A DNA stretch of 64,000 nt, taken from the IMG/VR virus record IMGVR_UViG_3300032280_000800, positions 32,001 to 96,000 of that record. One strand, written 5' to 3'. Source of the DNA: a virus (taxonomy: Duplodnaviria; Caudoviricetes). A program made the position numbers and the translations under genes. Of this stretch, positions 60,101-64,000 are shown one piece after another (position 1 is the first letter of the stretch; each line of letters begins with the position of its first letter). The notes under the pieces were generated by a model. The model did not search any database. It had not been told where the DNA came from and saw nothing but the letters and a program-made list of their open reading frames with translations.

Positions 60101-63100
60101 ACTTCTGTTGGAATATTACTTGGTATACCAAAATATTTAGCAGCTGGGCCGAGACCATTTTCAAAGTCTACAGCTCTATTTTGTTCTAGTTGAGCAATTG
60201 GTGGTAGGCTGGCACCAAGCTCTGCTAATGCTGCCTCTACGACAGCGCCCTCAATATTTCCTTGACCCATTAACTCTTGATATTCTGGAGCTAGTCCTGG
60301 CTCTTTATAGAGATAAGCTTTTTTTCCAGATTTTTCAGCAGCACCAACATTATCTGCGTTATCATCAATTAATTTTTCTGCTTTACTTAAATTAGCTGCT
60401 TTGGCACTAGCAATATCTGTTCCAAGACCCTGACTGACTCCGGTAATATCTTCTTTACGGTAAGGTAAACCAAAACTCTGAAGAGTCTGTGCCAAAAGAT
60501 CCTCAGTATTTTGTGGTCTAGCAGTAAGGACTCTGGTTTGTTTAATAAAGTCTGGATTGGCATCTATTAGAGATTTTAACTTGGCTCCTAGTTTTGTTAA
60601 TCTACCCTTCTTTAGAGCTTCTTCTACGACGGTTCTATCAGAATATTTGGGAATGTCAGGCTTGCCTTTTTCATTAAGAATATCTGCTCCAGCAACTAAA
60701 GTTTCATCAAAATCGAAAGCTAATGGCTCGCCAGTGAATATATCGGCATATTGTAGATTTTCTGCAAACTGACTCTTAGCGGATGCTGTTTGTTGTTGCA
60801 TTTTAGTAACAGCATCGAAATATTGGGACTTGAAGCCTCTAGCATAAGCATAAACAGTGCGATTATTACCAATATCCCAATTATCAAAATCTTTAGAATA
60901 ATCTAATTTACCCTGACTATCTACTAAACCAACAACACCAACCTTTTTCATTTTTTCAACTTTGGCAGCATACTCTGCGTCTTGTACTCCCTTAGACGAT
61001 AGAGCATTATTGATTACGTCTGAAGCACCAAGTAAATCTATCTGCCCCTTAGAAATCATGTCTTTCCTAAGCCTTCTGCGTAGATTAGTAGGGATAGCCG
61101 TTAGTTCTGCTACACCAGCTTCGTTACCTAGTCCGGCTAATTGCTTAACTAAAACATCTCTAACAGCTTCTTCTATACTTAATCCTGCGTCACTCTTAAG
61201 GCTCTTTTTAGCTAAAATACCAACTTGTCCATAAGGTCTTAATAAGCTTTCATCAACATCAACTTCACCAGCATCAGCAAATTTTTGTATGAATCCTCCA
61301 TTGGATTTTTTATTTGCCAGCACTTCTCTCATTCCTGTAGTAATATTATGACGTCCGCTATTTCCTTCTTTCTTATATGCGGCGGGCTGATTGAATCCTG
61401 CTAATAATTTTTTAGCTTTGTCGTCTTTGTCAGTTACAACCTGTTCAATAGATTGTGTTAATACTCCTGGTAAAATTTTTGATACCTCAGGATCAGTATC
61501 ATAAAAATCGTTGCCTAAAGCTTTTATATTAGCAGCTAACTGTTTTTTTAAGGGCGTGTAATTATCATTCAGTATTTCTTGTTCTTCTGAATCTCCTCTA
61601 CCTGTGAATCTAAATCTCTTATTGCTACCAGTTCTTAAAGATTTGAAAACATCTCTACTCTTAACATAAGAAGCTAATTTACTATTAAAAGACCCTTCAT
61701 TATTTATGATATATTTACCATCTACTTGCTTGGCCCAGTCAGCATTCCAAGTTTCTGGTAAGTCAAGCCCCATATTACTATAAAGCCTAGTAATATTCCC
61801 ATAACCATTTTCTTGAGCATATTTTTTTAAATTTTTTGGAATATCAGTTTGAGTTTTAGCTAGCTCTATATGAGTAAAATCAGTATCTCCACCAGAAGGA
61901 AGTTGTTTATTAACTGTTTTAGATTTTTTAACTCCCTTATCACCAGATGACCCCTTACCAAATCTTTGTACAACTCCCCCACTATTCATAGCATCTAGTG
62001 TGTCTGTGCCATATTTATTAACAGCATCACGACTCATAACATATTCTCTTGGCTCTAATAGAGCAGATACTTTGTCTCCTCTACCAGTACCAGGAACACT
62101 ACCACCTCTTTTAAATCCTAATATCTTGCCTCCATTACTAGCTGTTGTTGGACTAGTTGGGCTAGATCCTCCTGTTGTAAGAGACAGAGTATCTATAGCT
62201 TGAGTTAGATTATTTAAGCCAATAATCATATTTGCTAATGTAATATTAACAATCGATAATTGTGATGTATTTGCTGCTGTAGCAATAGTATTGGCTTTTA
62301 CAGATTTGGAACTTGCTGGAGTACCCTTACCACCTTTGCCTCCAGAACCTCCTGAGCCGCCACCACCTGGACCGCCACCACCTGGACCGCCACCAGAACC
62401 ACCTCCTCCAGTTGGAGGTCCACCAGAACCACCACTTGGTGCTCCACCTCTGCCAATACCTCCTACAAACCCAGAAGCAAATTCACTAAGAATAGAAGCT
62501 CCCTTAATAGCGGCCAAGGCTGTCAACATTGGCAATAGTGGCTTGAGTGCTGATGCCATAGAAATAAAAGCATTGGCTGTGGTTAAGCTAATGGTTGCAA
62601 TTGTTCTAAATGTACTACTATTACCAATATCTCTAATTAAAGCAACAAATGCTTGTCGTGTTTTTTCAAACTGAACAGCTAATGATTGTTGAGCTTGTAC
62701 AGCGTTTTTGCTTAATGATGCCTGACCATTTTGAGCAACTGATAAGGCATCTTGAGCAGTGGCGAATTGTTGAATAAGTGGGATAACTTTACCTATTTGT
62801 CTAAATCCACCAAGCTCTTCTACTATTTTAGAAAATCTTATATCTCTAGGATCAAGACCGGATAACCCTTCACTTAATCTTCTTACGGCCTCATATGGCC
62901 CAACGAACTTCCCTTCTAGATCGGTTAATACTATGCCGTACTCCTTTAAAGCTTCTATTGTTGAGCCTCTCTGAATTCTAGTAAAAATAGTCCTTAAGCC
63001 CGTAGCAATAGTTTCTGCACTTTCACGAGTTGTTGCTCTAACACTAGTAAATAAAGCAACGAATTCATTTAAAGCGTCTGTGCCTTTGCTAACTCCATTG

Positions 63101-63966
63101 CTAGCAGCAGCAAAAACACCACCGGTCCTTTGAATAGCTGTGATAATATCTCCGGCCTCAACAGCAAATGCAGCAGCTACAGCATTGATACTACCCAAAG
63201 CACCCTCTAGCTCACCAGTACTAATATTAAACTGACGCATTAAAGCAATACTGCCTTCGACCGTACTATTTAAATCATCAAAGGATGGAGCTAATGCCGA
63301 CTTGGCTAGGGCTTCTAATGCTGTTTTGGTGTCTTGGGCAGATAATCCTGCCTGTGCTAGTGTCACTGACACTTGTAGTAAATCGGACGAAGTCACACCC
63401 AAATTGGTAGATAGTCTTGTAATTTCTTTGGTAATATCAGATAGTCCCGAAACACTTGTTCCAGTAACTTGTGATAATCTAACTATCTCTTTATCAAAAT
63501 TAACGAATTCTTTAAAAGCACTATTAACTGCATTGGTTAAGCCATAAATAACACCAGTAACCGTACTAAAAGCAGCAAACCTTCTAATAGCTAATCCAGA
63601 CTGCTTACCAAACTCTTGCATTTGTGTACCAGCAACAGAAACAGCTTTACCAGCATTGCTAGCGGCTTTACCTGTTGCTGCCAATGTTGTTGGTCCAGAA
63701 GAACCTAGTCCTCCTAAGCTAGTTGCTAATTGTTGTATGCTAGCACTTAATTGATTAATATTACTATTAGCTTTAATCGCATTAGTAGAAATATTTTGTA
63801 ATCCCTTATTAACTGTAGCTATACTTTTAGAAGCCGATCCTTTGAGGTCTAAATCAACCTTAACTTTAATATTAGATAATTGTTTTCTAATAGAAGAAGC
63901 AATAGCTCTTGTATTTGTAGGACCTCGTAGATTAATCTGTGCAGTTAAATTAAATGCTGCTGCCAT
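48160..63966 (-). CDS. Giant tape-measure protein (TP901-like N-terminal domain) with multiple accessory domains
   Basis: 5268 aa; N-terminal FDKEIVRLSQVTG...LAQAG...AVEAGDI..AIQRTG...TRESAETIATGLRTIFTRI; repeated GTD.VPAMLT.GE.VV modules; glycine-zipper hydrophobic segments. Confidence 0.85.
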   Translation of the reverse strand: MAAAFNLTAQINLRGPTNTRAIASSIRKQLSNIKVKVDLDLKGSASKSIATVNKGLQNISTNAIKANSNINQLSASIQQLATSLGGLGSSGPTTLAATGKAASNAGKAVSVAGTQMQEFGKQSGLAIRRFAAFSTVTGVIYGLTNAVNSAFKEFVNFDKEIVRLSQVTGTSVSGLSDITKEITRLSTNLGVTSSDLLQVSVTLAQAGLSAQDTKTALEALAKSALAPSFDDLNSTVEGSIALMRQFNISTGELEGALGSINAVAAAFAVEAGDIITAIQRTGGVFAAASNGVSKGTDALNEFVALFTSVRATTRESAETIATGLRTIFTRIQRGSTIEALKEYGIVLTDLEGKFVGPYEAVRRLSEGLSGLDPRDIRFSKIVEELGGFRQIGKVIPLIQQFATAQDALSVAQNGQASLSKNAVQAQQSLAVQFEKTRQAFVALIRDIGNSSTFRTIATISLTTANAFISMASALKPLLPMLTALAAIKGASILSEFASGFVGGIGRGGAPSGGSGGPPTGGGGSGGGPGGGGPGGGGSGGSGGKGGKGTPASSKSVKANTIATAANTSQLSIVNITLANMIIGLNNLTQAIDTLSLTTGGSSPTSPTTASNGGKILGFKRGGSVPGTGRGDKVSALLEPREYVMSRDAVNKYGTDTLDAMNSGGVVQRFGKGSSGDKGVKKSKTVNKQLPSGGDTDFTHIELAKTQTDIPKNLKKYAQENGYGNITRLYSNMGLDLPETWNADWAKQVDGKYIINNEGSFNSKLASYVKSRDVFKSLRTGSNKRFRFTGRGDSEEQEILNDNYTPLKKQLAANIKALGNDFYDTDPEVSKILPGVLTQSIEQVVTDKDDKAKKLLAGFNQPAAYKKEGNSGRHNITTGMREVLANKKSNGGFIQKFADAGEVDVDESLLRPYGQVGILAKKSLKSDAGLSIEEAVRDVLVKQLAGLGNEAGVAELTAIPTNLRRRLRKDMISKGQIDLLGASDVINNALSSKGVQDAEYAAKVEKMKKVGVVGLVDSQGKLDYSKDFDNWDIGNNRTVYAYARGFKSQYFDAVTKMQQQTASAKSQFAENLQYADIFTGEPLAFDFDETLVAGADILNEKGKPDIPKYSDRTVVEEALKKGRLTKLGAKLKSLIDANPDFIKQTRVLTARPQNTEDLLAQTLQSFGLPYRKEDITGVSQGLGTDIASAKAANLSKAEKLIDDNADNVGAAEKSGKKAYLYKEPGLAPEYQELMGQGNIEGAVVEAALAELGASLPPIAQLEQNRAVDFENGLGPAAKYFGIPSNIPTEVKRTLTGYAFDRARKEFGRYYDENPSKWFEGGQVQAFDDGSMGGVKPDRSTKNKRRGAYGARGFVPLSPSDHAAFAAQAYRDADTDDSVEWSDHYGIKLPKVLADYYDKLNKWTFESGGAGIAIGKKLVKLPDDIEPEALEALKPDLIKQYDGWYTEIEEVLPFGKSVQTKNPALAAKEARASAALMAESRNTAYTQAEEAIGSFKKTGQLSFDPSIDSHIRSSFPSYISELEDELKSTKDPDEKTSIQRKLSKAQKAWPDYQELAKGTSVPNQGRVTALSETLYALLDQYGSGDIAVSELDNILKAMGQKLPTKKSHGGILQKFADGGTPSKKYSWREGKSIMDSFNSKRTWYDVFEHDPEGGAKIVYSGSFDDVFKFLGANRNKDAEQKANGGFITQFAGGGTVPALVSNGEAYIPPATAKSIGYGRLGRMNQADKNGMGSFAVGGGVGVFKGPGSGTSDSIRTNLPVGSFVLRAKATKALGLNRGGGVGLRKFAGGGSVDADRMDYLQRIVDKLGISLQQYERNIRQQIYNRAEKATEEKTTAQTDIQDLITKNMGQIGDVDVEKTTREGLTELFKKIDPKIGETDLAKSIDDIIASMQKVGGSSIADIKTSLDSKGLANVIDKDITILSELEHAHSEFEKELGFLTGKMKVRGIDVRAQQSLKEGKFGAFEQGNLRQAQRNLESTTGQRLDRVARANSTANLPGMGLIERSFPKVADRVTKMGDKIGGITGIIGLGATQLSAQMPSILNSLDQFAGTVSDTSPALAGFTGALQSAGSYGMSGALIGAQAFKGKGAAIGGAAGIASGAVAGFIKESTAKETELAMRGVAGASNELNKTLGELATAKTFGEREELLDRMNRNYQALNVSLEKSATTIKDNKVWNAFASGLEGMLSTMTSIMGMMVAAQIGSRIGGGMPSGGGGRRRSRKAAGGRVGLSAGGLVPVKLAKGEMVIPPPLPASIQELDALNRGGASAVNNTVAQKLGSAYIVPGAPSNVDTVSTSVKPFSYVIKSSSVQDMFNSQVMKPNAIQEQQRVARGGSVGAFSSKISTSGRSPKVSSGGVQHLASGGAVRGYKGGGAAGLLEIAFVISQLVGVFEGFKGYFDNSKDIEQAKKEMESLIQLRKIADNTEAFATSNQAFAERVLTQSQPIEKAALTADQRRAAYGRSKDSAGRLNSLNILQEQQMRSNLEAQGMKVDNSQTVQEFLDTLAPGSEKRKKADEAVAKAQDQLRKRIYYEARQRQGMDEATAVKEYQQAYSPEGKVQNKTAADNIDAIVEKELGGENRSRILAARLEIVNRSVKKFTLDIVDIMNRLSTSMTRIVSEIGASADRAMSVAGELSGGGAKAYEGDSQNARILENITAYSREELASAVDSVGKSLGDNKQTKQMGDFIKGFQAIQQELPLILRDTANADISAGSEANVRSRLTNMFGGLDMSPDIRKELEDEVMKWIRASTSMNRQGMTMEELANDVQAFKELSDAAEKARATFEDYAKKQIDVNRKLGAVSDQLAGNFDKLADNTVRVQDINLQSAIQLKEKFNQTISLRELTDPSDSAVRGLTGGITDPTAIGKEIADAVARKRILESDPGTATSALGSGEIAKLTSKINKYTKALDTLANNTDRASAALKKIDEQSQISAGRRRSVMDFFGMLDNPEAMFNFAKDTESYNRVVGGAGGRQDIPGAISTLQSLESTRTPEEFARLQKELFDNITRILGNAGGDPAVFDQFKEVFGPDFGRPQENPQIKPYIDAFNQAAKIQTEAVMAQSGLISDSGQLLAQALSLSADDFTNKMRTAITDIVDQLNGVANRLGLGGVDGAVPKAKGGLISYYAMGSMVDFAPKGTDTVPAMLTPGEFVVNRAATARNLPLLQSINSGKYSNGGSVKYLSKGGLLDRSVRSRFPIVPDTEWEKLAGTSDHIPLNNFPQSDLLKYVDFRSNSKDNILNKSELKSYNSAVSGHHEKYLSTSAQQKYKILSDNDLLIDNLQKEKKQAAGFLGFGGDKNKTQQINQSLNKAIAFRDKQLKPGPSLDWYKTYEAAHAIQYDKRITGGRNPLEENYFGGDRNFPFTPEFMKVDNAFRNTKLGLEPADFESLMYGLASKAIPGVLGAVGGGLGAIAGGSIGTLGGLITGPGAIVTGTAGALSLGFTGGMLGDQIGQDINSYIWNKYIPASMKKRVMDKMKASPESYSGGQWIGFGAELMGGAAADDMIRKGMTSAFGKATSVSSKMLQNGAITSNAIKLSPNSIPIANANEITNRSLALFKDGTEQTVQKSKRVVGEAVVNPTPEMMAERARLLEQARVGEAANAARKAAKAKAAKTGTKTKPPETPNEAAVAQQASDTKPTAAPPKPVAPKPEATPAEPRADSPIVPIKPKSTFKYEARDTRAGSKTFGMDVRDSIEAVSQEEAIALLKKQGLDVLASRRSVEKGKPSIYKPKSSDTTKPKKPSGSTKPKPAPAAGKTPPKSTFIYEALDTRTGREVRDTIEATSQDEALDLLKKQGLNVLPDPKRKGKLLIKQKKAPKGPSYKDVVGKWAWEKLKIKGDTTSAKAWDVLRKLSYTSLAFQALPIVSGIGSAAYNAVFGERPMPPDAGASGSSGPVTGGPLPKPTWSADPIEEMKINAEVAKRAYETTQRDRTEEFATKDNQYMFGQMQLAQAMGLKDPMGAVNFTARGAKIPKYELGDGSDRGQLLRAQEREEANKRLKELDEKLKTVSDAKTISPDMQKDIDERNALRKKLERDYIAQNNLGIPNVDGNTFPAFNVTSPIIPKPQDFGFKGNNEDKFDGEDIFDMNGKPFPAIVAKAMKSDGKMDFNAYTRNASILSTPLSSIPSDKKKQTNEQALQQYLREFGVVQQDIAGTDTDENSLVINKFNELKSRYLKDFAGGSIPDLDNSPISRGPEAAQQVTTQSKMLQKHLRDKLSDSKFKSQNFSGSGSAGITGVTKEDKVAAQKVINDLLTKYGYPGDSEDNRKKLVSKLEEKTSKANNIIESSKAWDFFNKQRDKYDAELEKYWTMRARWENREDLQNNPLQMMTGMGTLSEEERNQATVQMQKIDKDIAEKIKKEGRDSDSVKLLERQKQEVLDKLYKNRVGAGVKFESSPSMEYVLFNTPLKGGAHINPFKTFSNFDMAYGRPGSMNVVGESGPYIRDTNELISTMLKNYGSALGIKEKIPENNEQFKAWIQKIDPTIAQSLPSVNSSLSWNLDKLQNMYGTASANPTTDSFADKFGLWNLQTTEKAYDDSFVENYKQAFLKQIKGVTSSQTDNRSKEQYVLPKTIKNYQNAIAAMGLYTGQMADGNPNIYKKVNPGFKKLTIDNKPEGKTEEEQITSLRKKLGQGYTTWKRANLDKVFGGIAPKDIKQWKRIDDNYKLPGTPEEVRNTVLADVNTLDRIKNLDTFTINNRESITPGLMREIAAGANLLNGANTEIGDAAAQPFMGQDNKPLSGETKFLEFLVDTLNFNKDRNVSERQARLEALSSKDLKATTPDTSYHKAAKGIQDRLKTLKKPYEFWDSLRSYGTEPVADLVNKPDPNANKTIVQTIDNNGMPKIYRGANQVEIADKQIPADTVDRFFAGYSGLFTEYQQPYEMIKQQVARLGGKYTGEISNFPTMPSPFGNPNFIYLKKHLDMQSVEAKDIEAAGAGGDKPGVVPPKAPAASPSLGQDVKEKIQLAHQRVQQKAQAIFNDETLQRSEAEQYTPLLSDLGKLLFENIPTFKDNSTQENSSWFGYQKYYNRMHRFGDVAVNMNDVAAYRPEILEEKKLRSHLDNVIKPKYLSSGGSVLVNYQPKGTDTIPAMLTRGEYVVNKQATNKHLPLLNAINNGSIGSAPSMGGVSYAQSGGIINPIYRKVGGGSNVMNVAQSFGKAMGFDMTSANTVFDSFIKSFGAETANLGALINNLARVFPALGGPVSAFGKHVDTFIRGLDSIKSIEIKGPSIPEIVTFKGGKIEVELTSPADSSYKLSPEDEKRLVDKIQLRVTELIGLGR
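52590..52985 (-). repeat. Duplicated ~40-aa PilC/GspF N-terminal-like domain inside the tape-measure gene
   Basis: STFKYEARDTRAG...VRDSIEAVSQEEAIALLKKQGLDVL and STFIYEALDTRTGREVRDTIEATSQDEALDLLKKQGLNVL; similarity also visible at DNA level. Confidence 0.8.
62335..62465 (-). repeat. Gly/Pro/Ser-rich low-complexity linker in the tape measure
   Basis: GGGSGGPPTGGGGSGGGPGGGGPGGGGSGGSGG directly after the TP901-like domain. Confidence 0.85.
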
Positions 63967-64000
63967 AGGCTACACATATCTCCATAATCTATGAAATTTA

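Noticed and set aside
49805-63547. Many + strand ORFs of 60-174 aa antisense to the tape-measure gene, including the Pro-rich 62291-62674
   Set aside because: They are shadows of the long minus-strand ORF; the Pro-rich one mirrors the Gly-rich linker
1-64000. Stop-codon reassignment (alternative genetic code)
   Set aside because: Genes are full length and tightly packed under the standard code, and TAA, TGA and TAG all end plausible genes
1-64000. tRNA genes, integrase, transposase, or reverse transcriptase/DGR
   Set aside because: Intergenic gaps are short with no cloverleaf seen, and no ORF shows the relevant catalytic motifs

Overview
A 64-kb, AT-rich, densely coding fragment of a large tailed dsDNA bacteriophage (standard genetic code; no rRNA, tRNA or CRISPR seen). 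There are four blocks. (1) 55-16579: a glycan-building island of about 17 genes (fucosyltransferase-like/GT47 fusion, GT17, GT11, GT8-like, GT2-like, RgpF, two sulfotransferases, an inverted GT2+GT9 gene, GT4). Four of its proteins share a ~35-aa 'FD/E..Y...P...HH' repeat. (2) 16657-33994: nucleotide metabolism and replication (dCMP deaminase, class II RNR, PhoH, HNH, RecA, DnaB, DnaG, dNMP kinase, Cas4/AddB-like nuclease, SSB). Its DnaE polymerase is split into two genes at the palm/fingers boundary, with no intein and a DnaQ exonuclease gene between the halves. (3) 34057-40501: a second small glycosyltransferase cluster, an endonuclease and a likely single-strand annealing protein. (4) 40504-63966, minus strand: putative tail genes and a 5268-aa tape-measure protein. 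The most striking feature is this tape-measure protein. It looks like a modular polyvalent protein in which recurring 'GG..Q.FA.GG' linkers separate cargo-like domains: a HAD phosphatase with all four motifs, a possible PD-(D/E)xK nuclease, and two copies of a domain resembling the N-terminus of the type IV pilus/T2SS platform protein PilC/GspF. All family calls come from recognising motifs by eye; no database searches were run.
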